From: Bacteroidota bacterium
GTDB taxonomy: Bacteria > Bacteroidota > Bacteroidia > Bacteroidales > F082
Direction of reading: 5' to 3'
DNA: 64,000 bases
Assembly (NCBI GenBank): GCA_018336075.1
Contig: JAGXRB010000261.1
Location: 221-64,220 of the forward strand
Each line of letters begins with the position of its first letter. Within the stretch, counting starts at the first letter, position 1. Below, one piece after another: positions 10,751 through 20,537 of this stretch. The position numbers were made by a program, and so were the translations under genes. The notes under the pieces were generated by a model. It had not been told where the DNA came from and did not search any database. It worked only from the letters and a program-made list of their open reading frames with translations.

Positions 10751-12094
10751 ATGAAAGACTTGACGACAGGCAGCGAGGCCCGACTTATTCTTAATTTTAC
10801 TATTCCTATGCTGATTGGCAACGTTTTTCAGCAGATGTATAACATCGTTGATAGTATTGTTATTGGTAAGTATCTGGGAAATGAAGCTTTAGCTGCAGTG
10901 GGAGCAAGTTTTCCATTAATCTTTACGCTTATTTCGCTGATAATCGGACTGGCAACAGGAGGCACTATCATAATATCTCAGCATTATGGCGCAAAAAACA
11001 TGGAAAAAGTGCGTCGCACCATCGATACCATGTATATATTTCTTTTTTTCGCATCAATCCTTCTTTCTGTAATAGGAATTTGGAGCAGCGCTTATATTTT
11101 TAGGTTAATCGATTTGCCTGCCGAAGTTATTCCTCAGGCAGTGAAATACTTTAATCTCTATTCACTTGGATTTGTTTTTTTCTTTGGTTTTCAAGGTACA
11201 ACTGCCATTCTCCGTGGTATGGGTGATTCTAAAACACCCCTATATTTTCTTGTTATTTCTACGCTTGTAAACATTTTTTTAGACCTCCTTTTTGTAATTG
11301 TTTTTGGATGGGGAATTGAAGGAGTTGCAATTGCAACAATAATTTCGCAGGCAGGAGCATTTGTTACAATCATTTTCTATCTCAATAAATACAATAGCTT
11401 TTTAAAATTCAAGCCTTTGCAAATGCGGTTTGACTGGGAAATTTTCCGAAAAAGCATTCAAATTGGCTTGCCTACAGGTCTTCAACAAACCTTCGTTGCT
11501 GTTGGAATGCTCGCCTTATATAAGGTCGTTAATATGTTTGGCACAACTGTCATTGCTGCATATGCTGTTGCCATGCGCATTGATTCTTTTGCCAGTCTTC
11601 CGGCAATGAATTTTTCAGCAGCCCTTTCTTCTTTCGTAGGCCAGAATATTGGCGCAGGAAAGCTTGAACGGGTGCAAAAAGGCCTGAATGCCACGCTTTG
11701 GATGACAGCAATAATTTCTCTGGGAGTCACAGTTGTTGCCTGGCTTTTTTCAGGACCTATCATGCAACTTTTTACCAACGACCCTGGTGTAGTTGAAGCT
11801 GGAAAAGACTATCTTTTTATTGTAAGTGCCTTTTACATAGTGTTTTCAACCATGTTTGTATACAATGGTGTATTGCGTGGTGCAGGTGATACATTGATTC
11901 CGATGTTTGTTACATTGTTCTCTCTATGGATTGTCCGCATTCCCATATCCTGGTTTCTTGCACAACATATGGGGCCAAAAGGAATTTGGTGGGGCATTCC
12001 TATCGCCTGGGCAATCGGGGCATTTTTCTCTTTTCTGTATTTCCGCATGGGAAAATGGAAATCGAAAAATGTTATGGGAACAAGAACGAAATAA
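10751..12094 (+). CDS. MATE family efflux transporter
   Basis: 447 aa with 12 predicted TM segments. The N-terminus ...LILNFTIPMLIGNVFQQMYNIVDSIVIGKYLG is typical of the MatE family. Confidence 0.88.
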   Translation: MKDLTTGSEARLILNFTIPMLIGNVFQQMYNIVDSIVIGKYLGNEALAAVGASFPLIFTLISLIIGLATGGTIIISQHYGAKNMEKVRRTIDTMYIFLFFASILLSVIGIWSSAYIFRLIDLPAEVIPQAVKYFNLYSLGFVFFFGFQGTTAILRGMGDSKTPLYFLVISTLVNIFLDLLFVIVFGWGIEGVAIATIISQAGAFVTIIFYLNKYNSFLKFKPLQMRFDWEIFRKSIQIGLPTGLQQTFVAVGMLALYKVVNMFGTTVIAAYAVAMRIDSFASLPAMNFSAALSSFVGQNIGAGKLERVQKGLNATLWMTAIISLGVTVVAWLFSGPIMQLFTNDPGVVEAGKDYLFIVSAFYIVFSTMFVYNGVLRGAGDTLIPMFVTLFSLWIVRIPISWFLAQHMGPKGIWWGIPIAWAIGAFFSFLYFRMGKWKSKNVMGTRTK

Positions 12095-12148
12095 CTGTTT
12101 TTTTAAGGAAGGTTTATTAATTTTACACCGAAATTAACAAAATGAATA

Positions 12149-14269
12149 ATGAAGAAAATTAGTTTAGCATTTTTACTAATAGTGATGATGAGTTCATGTA
12201 CAACACATCAGGAAAGTATTCTGTACCCTGAAACCTTAAAAGGTGAACAGAAAGATGTCTATTTTGGAACAGAAATAGCTGATCCATACAGATGGCTTGA
12301 AGATGATAATTCAAAAGAAACAGCCGCCTGGGTTGCAGCTCAGAATGCCGTTACAAATGATTATCTGAAAAATATTCCATACCGGGAAGCACTGCGCAAC
12401 CGCCTTGAAACTATTTGGAATTTTCCAAGAACTGGCGTGCCATTTAAAAGAGGTGGAAGGTATTACTTCTTTAAAAATGATGGTTTACAAAATCAAAGCG
12501 TTCTTTTTGTTCAGGAGAATCTGGATGCAGAGCCTCAGATAATGCTTGATCCCAATACATTCTCAACAGACGGAACTATTTCGCTTGGAAATGTAAGTGC
12601 TTCACCCGATGGTAAGTATCTTGCCTATTCTATTAGTCGTGGTGGCAGCGACTGGAATGAAATCGTTGTGATGGAAATCGATAACAAAGAAATGCTTTCC
12701 GATACCATTAACTGGGTTAAATTTTCTGGCATCTCTTGGCTTGATGACGGCTTCTTTTATAGCGCCTACGATACACCGGTAGCAGGTCAGGCGCTCTCTG
12801 GAAGCAATGAATTCCACAAAGTCTTTTATCATAAACTTGGGACTTTGCAGTCTGAGGATAAAATTATTTTTCAGGATAAAACAAATCCAAAACGTAATTT
12901 TTATGCCAACGTAACTAAAGATCAGACTTTTATCATCATTAGTGAGTCGCAGTCAACAAGCGGCAATGCACTTTATGTGAAAAAAGCCAACGACCCTAAA
13001 GCAGAATTTGTGAAAATCGTTGAAGGATTTGACTATGATTATGATGTTATTGACAATTTAAACGACAACTTACTTGTAACCACAACCAATGGTGCGCCAA
13101 AAAAACAAGTTGTAATGATCGACCCAAAGAATCCATCTATGGAAAACTGGACCGTAGTCATCCCGGAAAGTGATAATGTCTTGAGTTCAGTGAGCCTTGT
13201 TGGTGACTATATTTATGCACAATACCTTGAAGATGCCAACAGTAAAGCTTACTTCTTTGATTATGAAGGAACAAAAGTTAGCACGTTGGAACTCCCTACA
13301 TTAGGAACAATCATTGGTTTCAGCGGCGAAAAAGGTGATCCGGTTGCATTTTATGGTTTCACTTCTTTCACTTTTCCATCAAGTGTTTACAAATTCGATC
13401 TGATCGATAAGAAAACTGAGTTATATGCAGGAAGTGATGTCGATTTTGATCCGCAGGCATTTGTTACAGAACAAATTTTCTTTGAAAGCAAAGATGGAAC
13501 CAAAGTGCCAATGTTTTTGACATTTAAGAAAGGCATTAAGCTCAACGGCAAAAATCCAGTTTTACTCTATGGTTATGGAGGTTTCAACATCAGTGTAACT
13601 CCTTCTTTTAGTGTCGCACGTTTGCCATTTCTGGAACAGGGCGGTATTTATGCTTCTGTGAATTTGCGTGGTGGCGGTGAGTACGGCAAAGAATGGCACG
13701 AAGCTGGACAGCAATTGAAAAGGCAAAATGTTTTCGACGACTTTATTGGCGCTGCTGAATTTCTGATCAAAGAAAAGTATACACAGCCATCTAAAATTGC
13801 TATTATGGGAGGCTCAAACGGTGGATTGCTTGTTGGTGCCTGCATGACACAACGCCCTGATCTTTTTAAGGTTGCAATACCAATCGTTGGTGTGCTTGAC
13901 ATGTTGAGATATCAGGATTTTACCATTGGTTGGGCATGGGCAGGTGACTATGGCAGAAGTGACGACAATGAAGAAATGTTTAAATATCTGCTTGGTTATT
14001 CACCGCTTCACAATATCAAAGAAGGAATAAATTATCCTGCCACACTTGCTGTTACTGCAGATCATGATGATCGTGTTGTGCCTGCACACACCTTCAAGTT
14101 TATGGCTGAACTTCAATCCAAACATAAAGGTGCAAATCCGGTAATAGCGCGCATAGAATCGCAGGCCGGACACGGTGCTGGAAAACCGACCTCAAAACTG
14201 ATTGAAGAAAGTGCTGATATTTACAGCTTTATCATGTATAACCTCGGAATGAATCCGAAGTTCAATTAG
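12149..14269 (+). CDS. Prolyl oligopeptidase (S9A serine peptidase), lipoprotein
   Basis: 706 aa with DPYRWLED near the N-terminus, GGSNGGLL around the catalytic Ser, and C-terminal D..V and GHG motifs. Signal ending in SSC. Confidence 0.9.
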   Translation: MKKISLAFLLIVMMSSCTTHQESILYPETLKGEQKDVYFGTEIADPYRWLEDDNSKETAAWVAAQNAVTNDYLKNIPYREALRNRLETIWNFPRTGVPFKRGGRYYFFKNDGLQNQSVLFVQENLDAEPQIMLDPNTFSTDGTISLGNVSASPDGKYLAYSISRGGSDWNEIVVMEIDNKEMLSDTINWVKFSGISWLDDGFFYSAYDTPVAGQALSGSNEFHKVFYHKLGTLQSEDKIIFQDKTNPKRNFYANVTKDQTFIIISESQSTSGNALYVKKANDPKAEFVKIVEGFDYDYDVIDNLNDNLLVTTTNGAPKKQVVMIDPKNPSMENWTVVIPESDNVLSSVSLVGDYIYAQYLEDANSKAYFFDYEGTKVSTLELPTLGTIIGFSGEKGDPVAFYGFTSFTFPSSVYKFDLIDKKTELYAGSDVDFDPQAFVTEQIFFESKDGTKVPMFLTFKKGIKLNGKNPVLLYGYGGFNISVTPSFSVARLPFLEQGGIYASVNLRGGGEYGKEWHEAGQQLKRQNVFDDFIGAAEFLIKEKYTQPSKIAIMGGSNGGLLVGACMTQRPDLFKVAIPIVGVLDMLRYQDFTIGWAWAGDYGRSDDNEEMFKYLLGYSPLHNIKEGINYPATLAVTADHDDRVVPAHTFKFMAELQSKHKGANPVIARIESQAGHGAGKPTSKLIEESADIYSFIMYNLGMNPKFN

Positions 14270-14293
14270 CGCAAATTTTACTTTTGACATACA

Positions 14294-14326
14294 AAAAAGA
14301 CAGTCAGCGAAAGACTGTCTTTTTTG
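14294..14326 (+). terminator. Rho-independent terminator after the prolyl oligopeptidase gene
   Basis: Hairpin GACAGTC-agcgaaa-GACTGTC followed by TTTTTTG. Confidence 0.7.
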
Positions 14327-14406
14327 CTTTTGGATACAATCGCTTGTTGTCAATATTGACAAGTATTTGCAATGAAATGATAAGTACATCAATACGCCTA
14401 ATTTCT

Positions 14407-14414
14407 TAATTTTG
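14407..14414 (+). promoter_or_regulatory. -7 box TAATTTTG only 4 nt before the ATG at 14419
   Basis: Exact TAnnTTTG match. It implies either a leaderless mRNA or use of the second ATG at 14428. Confidence 0.45.
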
Positions 14415-14418
14415 CAGC

Positions 14419-15888
14419 ATGAAAGATATGCGTTCGTTTGTCTCAGACAGAATTTTCACGACCATTGCAGCTGTATGCAATGAAATGGGTACCGATGCTT
14501 ATGTTATTGGAGGTTTTGTGCGTGATATTTTGCTTGACAGACCTTCAAAAGACATTGATATTGTTGTTGTTGGGAGTGGAATTGAGGTTGCCGCAGCAGT
14601 TGCCAAAAAGCTTGGTAAGGGGACAGAAATGAAGTTTTATGGACAATTTGGCACCGCTATGATTCGCTATCGCGACTATGAAATAGAGTTTGTGGGAGCA
14701 AGGAAGGAATCATATAAACTCTTCAGCCGTAAACCAGAAGTTGAATCAGGGACATTGAAAGATGACCAAAACCGTCGTGATTTTACAATTAACGCCCTTG
14801 CAATCAGTTTAAACAAAGATAAGTTTGGTAGTTTAATAGATCCTTTCGATGGGGTAAAAGATTTGGAGAGAAAGATCCTAAAAACGCCACTCGATCCGGA
14901 TATAACCTATTCAGACGACCCGCTTCGCATGATGAGAGCCATACGTTTTGCAACTCAGCTGGGGTTTCAAATTGAAAGTAGTTCTTTTGCTGCCATAAAC
15001 CGAAATAGAAACAGGTTGCGTATTGTTTCAGCGGAACGTATTTCTGATGAATTGAATAAAATTATAATGTCTAAAAAACCATCTGTTGGTTTTAAATTAC
15101 TGTTCGATTCTGGCTTGCTGGAAGTCTTTTTCCCTCATTTCGTCAGTTTGCAGGGAGTAGAAACGATCAATGGAAAAAGTCATAAAGATAATTTCTATCA
15201 TACACTTGAAGTGCTTGATAATCTGGCAAAAACTAGTAATAATTTGTGGTTGAGGTGGGCAGCAATATTGCATGATATTGCAAAACCAGCTACAAAAAAG
15301 TTTGAACCTCAGGTAGGCTGGACATTTCATGGCCATGAATTTCGAGGTGCCAAAATGGTTCCGGGCATTTTCAAAATGTTGAAGCTACCGATGAGTGATC
15401 CAATGAAATTTGTCCAGAAAATGGTTTTGCTGCATTTGCGACCAATAGTCTTAGCACAGGAGATTGTTACCGACTCGGCTATTCGTCGCCTTCTTTTTGA
15501 TGCAGGTGATGATATTGATTCTCTGATGCAGTTGTGTGAAGCTGATATTACTTCCAAGAATGAGTATAAAGTTAAGAAATACAGAGACAATTTTGAGTTG
15601 GTTCGCCAAAAATTGACAGAGATTGACGCTAAAGACAGCATCAGAAACTGGCAGCCACCGGTAAGTGGTGAAGTCATCATGCAAGCCTTCGGCCTGCGCC
15701 CTGGAAAAGAAGTTGGAATTATAAAAACAGCCATCCGTGAAGCTATTTTGGATGGTGTGATTGGTAATAACTTTGAAGAAGCCTATGCGCTGATGAAAAC
15801 CGCCGGAGAAAAAATTGGATTGAAGATTGTTGCCAAACCTGAACCGATCGAAGTAAAAACAAACGGGCCTGTGCCATCACAGTTATGA
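14419..15888 (+). CDS. CCA tRNA nucleotidyltransferase / poly(A) polymerase family with HD domain
   Basis: 489 aa with YVIGGFVRDILL..DIDIVV (Pol-beta nucleotidyltransferase), RDFTINAL, and an HD motif in AILHDIAKP. Confidence 0.85.
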   Translation: MKDMRSFVSDRIFTTIAAVCNEMGTDAYVIGGFVRDILLDRPSKDIDIVVVGSGIEVAAAVAKKLGKGTEMKFYGQFGTAMIRYRDYEIEFVGARKESYKLFSRKPEVESGTLKDDQNRRDFTINALAISLNKDKFGSLIDPFDGVKDLERKILKTPLDPDITYSDDPLRMMRAIRFATQLGFQIESSSFAAINRNRNRLRIVSAERISDELNKIIMSKKPSVGFKLLFDSGLLEVFFPHFVSLQGVETINGKSHKDNFYHTLEVLDNLAKTSNNLWLRWAAILHDIAKPATKKFEPQVGWTFHGHEFRGAKMVPGIFKMLKLPMSDPMKFVQKMVLLHLRPIVLAQEIVTDSAIRRLLFDAGDDIDSLMQLCEADITSKNEYKVKKYRDNFELVRQKLTEIDAKDSIRNWQPPVSGEVIMQAFGLRPGKEVGIIKTAIREAILDGVIGNNFEEAYALMKTAGEKIGLKIVAKPEPIEVKTNGPVPSQL

Positions 15889-16811
15889 CCTCCTTCAATA
15901 ATAAAAAGAAATTTTTGCTTGTCATTGCTGGACCAACAGCCTCAGGTAAAACGAATGCTGCAATTCAGCTTGCCAAACACTTTAACACAGAGATCGTTTC
16001 TGCCGATAGCCGTCAGTTTTACCGCGAAATGAACATTGGTACAGCTGTTCCTTCCAGAAGGCAGTTAGAAGAATGCAAGCATCATTTTATTCAACATATC
16101 AGTATTAAAACTAAATATGATGTTGGTGCATACGAGTTAGATGCGCTTACATTATTGGATAAACTTTTTGAAAACCATGATATAGTGGTCCTTACAGGAG
16201 GTTCTGGTCTTTTTATTGACGCAGTTTGCAGGGGTCTGGATAATTTACCTGATATCAGTCTGGAAATACGAAACAAAGTAACGGAATTGTTTGATTCAGA
16301 AGGGATATTAGGTTTGCAGGAAACATTAATTAAATTAGATCCCACATATTACGAAACTGTGGATAAACAAAATCCAAGAAGACTTCAACGTGCCCTCGAA
16401 GTTTGTTTTCAAACCGGTATACCTTATTCTTATTTTCGCAAAAGAGCAATGAAGCCGAGGAAATTTGATGTGATTTGGACCGCATTACTTGTCGACCGCA
16501 TGGATCTGATCAATAGAATCAATCATCGTGTTGAAGATATGCTGGCAGCCGGCCAGGTTGAAGAAGCAAAAAAGCTTTATCCTCATCGGCATTTAAATGC
16601 ATTAAATACGGTTGGCTATCGGGAACTGTTTGATTATTTTGAAGGTAAATGTTCAATTTCAGAAGCCATTGAAAATATTAAAGTGAATACACGGCAATAT
16701 GCCAAAAGACAAATGACGTGGTTCAGAAAGAACAAGGATTATCATTGGTTCTTTCCTTCAGATACTGATGGATTAATTAAATATGTTTCTAAGAAAATTA
16801 GTCAGGATTAA
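15885..16811 (+). CDS. miaA: tRNA dimethylallyltransferase
   Basis: 308 aa with P-loop GPTASGKT, SADSRQFYREMNIGTA, and ...NTRQYAKRQMTWFR. Overlaps the upstream gene by 4 bp. Confidence 0.92.
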   Translation: MTSFNNKKKFLLVIAGPTASGKTNAAIQLAKHFNTEIVSADSRQFYREMNIGTAVPSRRQLEECKHHFIQHISIKTKYDVGAYELDALTLLDKLFENHDIVVLTGGSGLFIDAVCRGLDNLPDISLEIRNKVTELFDSEGILGLQETLIKLDPTYYETVDKQNPRRLQRALEVCFQTGIPYSYFRKRAMKPRKFDVIWTALLVDRMDLINRINHRVEDMLAAGQVEEAKKLYPHRHLNALNTVGYRELFDYFEGKCSISEAIENIKVNTRQYAKRQMTWFRKNKDYHWFFPSDTDGLIKYVSKKISQD

Positions 16812-17175
16812 CTTGAATTGATTCTGAGGTTTCGTAGTTCGTTTTAATTAACTTGGAATGGAAAAATTGTTTGGCTGAAGGTTTTATACCGAGAGGAGAA
16901 ATGTAATAGTCCAATTATCGCTCACTCAATTGGCCTAACATTTCTAACCTTCGGCATTATTCCACGAAAGCTTTTGGGTTCATTTATAATTCACTTTGGT
17001 ATTATTTGTCTCCCATATTCTCAAACGGATTTTGAACAAATTATAGTCCAATGTATTGTTGCTGTTCGGCATTGAACAACAAACGATTGCATAAATTTTA
17101 TTTAGACTGATTCCAATATACTCCAAACTGTGAAAAATCATTGATTATTATTTGTTTAGTATCGCTTAAAAGTAG

Positions 17176-17183
17176 TAATTTTG
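17176..17183 (+). promoter_or_regulatory. -7 box TAATTTTG upstream of gdhA
   Basis: Exact TAnnTTTG match about 69 nt upstream of the ATG at 17252. Confidence 0.45.
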
Positions 17184-17251
17184 CACTGTTAAGAAAATAA
17201 CACTGTTAAAAGTTCACAGACATTGACACATAACAATTTAAACCCAAAACT

Positions 17252-18589
17252 ATGAATTTGGAAAAAATTATGAACGACCTGGAGAAAAAACATCCAGGCG
17301 AAATGGAGTACTTACAGGCTGTGCGCGAGGTACTGGAATCATTGGAGGAAGTAGTAAATCAAAACCCTCAGTTTGAAGCAAAAGGTATTATTGAACGCAT
17401 TGTCGAACCTGATCGCGTGCTTACTTTTAAAGTGCCATGGGTTGATGACAACGGAAAAGTACATGTTAATCTTGGTTATCGTGTTCAGTTCAACAATGCA
17501 ATTGGACCATACAAAGGTGGACTACGTTTTCACCCAAGTGTGAATCTGAGTATCCTTAAGTTCCTCGGATTTGAACAAATATTTAAAAACAGTCTTACTA
17601 CGCTTCCTATGGGAGGTGGTAAAGGTGGTTCAGACTTTGATCCAAAAGGTAAATCAGATGCTGAAATCATGCGTTTTTGCCAATCACTTATGTTAGAACT
17701 ATGGAGGATTATCGGTCCTGAAACTGATGTTCCTGCTGGTGATATCGGTGTTGGCGGCAAAGAGATTGGTTACATGTTTGGAATGTACAAAAAACTTACC
17801 ATGGAGCACGTAGGTGTTCTCACAGGCAAGGGACGCAATTGGGGTGGATCTTTGATTCGTCCGGAAGCTACAGGTTTTGGCGCTGTTTACTTTGCTCAGG
17901 AAATGTTGGCCACCAAAGGTCTTGATTTCACAGGTAAAAATGTTGCAGTTTCAGGCTTTGGAAATGTTGCATGGGGTGCAATCGCAAAAGTTACTGAATT
18001 AGGCGGTAAAGTTTTAACAATCTCTGGTCCTGATGGATATATTTATGATCCTGATGGTATCTCAGGTGAAAAAATCGACTATCTGCTTGAACTCAGAGCT
18101 TCAAATCAGGATATTGTAAAACCTTATTCACTTGAGTTTCAAAATGCACAATTTGTTGCTGGAAAACGCCCTTGGGAAGTGAAATGCGATGTGGCGCTGC
18201 CATGCGCAACTCAGAATGAATTGGGTAAAGCCGATGCTGAAAACCTGATTAGCAACGGAGTTATTTGTGTTGCCGAAGGTGCCAATATGCCTTCTACGCC
18301 TGAGGCTGTTGAGGTTTTCAAACATCATAAAATTCTCTTTGGACCTGGTAAAGCTGTTAATGCTGGTGGTGTTGCAACTTCAGGTCTTGAAATGTCACAG
18401 AATGCACTTAAGTATAACTGGAGTCGTGAAGAAGTTGATGCAAAATTGCACGAAATTATGCGCAACATCCATGCTTCATGCGTTAAATACGGAACCCAGG
18501 AAGATGGCTATATCGATTATGTAAAAGGTGCAAATATTGCAGGATTCCTTAAAGTTGCAAACGCAATGATAGATCAAGGTGTAATCTAG
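17252..18589 (+). CDS. gdhA: NAD(P)-specific glutamate dehydrogenase
   Basis: 445 aa with the Glu/Leu/Phe/Val dehydrogenase signature LPMGGGKGGSDFDPKGKSD and the nucleotide-binding motif GFGNVAWG. Confidence 0.93.
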   Translation: MNLEKIMNDLEKKHPGEMEYLQAVREVLESLEEVVNQNPQFEAKGIIERIVEPDRVLTFKVPWVDDNGKVHVNLGYRVQFNNAIGPYKGGLRFHPSVNLSILKFLGFEQIFKNSLTTLPMGGGKGGSDFDPKGKSDAEIMRFCQSLMLELWRIIGPETDVPAGDIGVGGKEIGYMFGMYKKLTMEHVGVLTGKGRNWGGSLIRPEATGFGAVYFAQEMLATKGLDFTGKNVAVSGFGNVAWGAIAKVTELGGKVLTISGPDGYIYDPDGISGEKIDYLLELRASNQDIVKPYSLEFQNAQFVAGKRPWEVKCDVALPCATQNELGKADAENLISNGVICVAEGANMPSTPEAVEVFKHHKILFGPGKAVNAGGVATSGLEMSQNALKYNWSREEVDAKLHEIMRNIHASCVKYGTQEDGYIDYVKGANIAGFLKVANAMIDQGVI

Positions 18590-18608
18590 ACTACATTTAA
18601 GATTATTG

Positions 18609-18646
18609 AAATAGCCGTTCTTTTTAAAGATCGGCTATTTTTTTTG
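18609..18646 (+). terminator. Rho-independent terminator after gdhA
   Basis: The AAATAGCCG ... CGGCTATTT stem is followed by a T-run. Confidence 0.65.
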
Positions 18647-18753
18647 AAGTATCATCAGTGTTAAACATGACTTCTTACCACCCTCAGTAAACTAAAAGTC
18701 TTAATCCTCTTTAAATTAATGCTTTTTTTGACTTTAGTGCCGTCTTTCCGATG

Positions 18754-18761
18754 TACCTTTG
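18754..18761 (+). promoter_or_regulatory. -7 box TACCTTTG upstream of the GH13 gene
   Basis: TAnnTTTG match about 21 nt upstream of the ATG at 18782. Confidence 0.45.
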
Positions 18762-18781
18762 CAATGATTAAAAGCAACTAA

Positions 18782-20491
18782 ATGACAAATATCTATCAAC
18801 TTTTTCCGCGTGTTTTTGGAAATAAATCCGTGCATAATGTTTATAACGGTACAATCGAATCAAATGGTTGTGGAAAGTTTAAGGATATCAATGAAAATGC
18901 CATAAATGCATTAAAGGAGCTTGGTATAACGCATATCTGGCTTACAGGAGTTTTACGTCATGCTAAACTGACAGATTATTCTCACTTTGAAATACCAACT
19001 TCGCATCCGGCCGTTGTTAAAGGCAGAGCAGGTTCCCCTTATGCCATAACGGATTATTATGATGTAGATCCAGATTTAGCCATCGATGTTCCCAACAGAC
19101 TTATTGAATTTGAACAACTTATACAGCGAATTCATTCAGCCGGACTTAAAGTTATTATCGATTTCGTACCCAATCATCTGGCACGTGAATATAAATCAAT
19201 TGCAAAACCAGCAGGAGTTTTAGATTTTGGCGAAAATGACCTTACCTGGATGTATTTTAATCCAGATAACAACTTTTATTATTTACCAGGTCAGTCTTTC
19301 ATCCCGCCGCAACGCTCTGAAGCTATTTATCATTCAGAAAAAACTTACACTGAACAACCGGCAAAAGTAACAGGAAATGATTGTTTTACAGCAACGCCGG
19401 GTATAAATGACTGGTTTGAAACAATAAAACTAAACTACGGAATCGACTTCGGCAATGCGATGGAACAATATTTTGATCCAATTCCTGATACCTGGCACAA
19501 AATGCTTCATATTCTTAAATATTGGGCAGGTAAGGGTGTCGATGGATTCAGGTCAGATATGGCTGAAATGGTTCCCGTAGCTTTCTGGCGTTGGGTGATA
19601 GCTGAACTCAAAGGTCAGTTCAACGACATATTAATGATTGCAGAAATCTATCAGGCCGGTTTGTATCATGATTTTATTAATGCCGGCTTTGATTATTTAT
19701 ATGATAAAGTTGGTCTCTACAATCGACTTACCGATGTAACACTGCATGGGCACTCCGCTGAATCCATTAGCAGTTGTTGGAAAATGACAGAAAACTTCAA
19801 TGAAAAGATGCTGCGATTCATGGAAAATCATGACGAGATTCGTTTATCTTCTCAATATTTTCTCAAGGACCCAGGAAAGGCATTGCCTGCAATTGCGGTT
19901 AGCGCATTGATGCATAATTGTGCATTTATGGTCTATAACGGACAGGAAAATGGTGAAAATGCTGAAGGAGCAACCGGTTTTAGTGGTGATGACGGGCGTA
20001 CTTCTATATTTGATTATTGTCATATGCCGCAACATCAGCGCTGGATGAATAATGCTGCTTTTGATGGTGGCCGACTGCTACTGGAACAAAAACTTTTAAG
20101 AGAAAAATATAGAAAACTTCTCAGGATTCGCATTGAACTGCCTGCATTACGAGAAGGGAAATTTTATGATCTGATGTGGGCTAATCCTTGGTACACGGAA
20201 TTCGATCCCCGCTATGTTTTTGCTTTTTTGAGATTCACCCAAAGCCAGGTATTGTTGGTTGTAGTGAACTTTAATTCATCTGAGAACAGAAAGATACGGG
20301 TAAAAATTCCAATAGATGCTATACAGAATACGCATATTGAGTCTGATAGACAAGGCCATTGGAGCGCTGTTAATCTGATGAAAAGTGAAGAAGTTATTCC
20401 TTTTCTGGTTGATGAGTTGCCAACTGTTGGGATACACATTTCAATCGGACCATTGCAAACTGGCGTTTATGAGTTATCTCAAGAGGAGTGA
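18782..20491 (+). CDS. Alpha-amylase family (GH13) glycoside hydrolase
   Basis: 569 aa with GH13 conserved regions DFVPNH, GVDGFRSDMA and FMENHDE. Confidence 0.8.
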   Translation: MTNIYQLFPRVFGNKSVHNVYNGTIESNGCGKFKDINENAINALKELGITHIWLTGVLRHAKLTDYSHFEIPTSHPAVVKGRAGSPYAITDYYDVDPDLAIDVPNRLIEFEQLIQRIHSAGLKVIIDFVPNHLAREYKSIAKPAGVLDFGENDLTWMYFNPDNNFYYLPGQSFIPPQRSEAIYHSEKTYTEQPAKVTGNDCFTATPGINDWFETIKLNYGIDFGNAMEQYFDPIPDTWHKMLHILKYWAGKGVDGFRSDMAEMVPVAFWRWVIAELKGQFNDILMIAEIYQAGLYHDFINAGFDYLYDKVGLYNRLTDVTLHGHSAESISSCWKMTENFNEKMLRFMENHDEIRLSSQYFLKDPGKALPAIAVSALMHNCAFMVYNGQENGENAEGATGFSGDDGRTSIFDYCHMPQHQRWMNNAAFDGGRLLLEQKLLREKYRKLLRIRIELPALREGKFYDLMWANPWYTEFDPRYVFAFLRFTQSQVLLVVVNFNSSENRKIRVKIPIDAIQNTHIESDRQGHWSAVNLMKSEEVIPFLVDELPTVGIHISIGPLQTGVYELSQEE

Positions 20492-20537
20492 CAGTTTGAT
20501 GTTTTTATTTTGAAAATAATGCTAAAATTCAATATCA

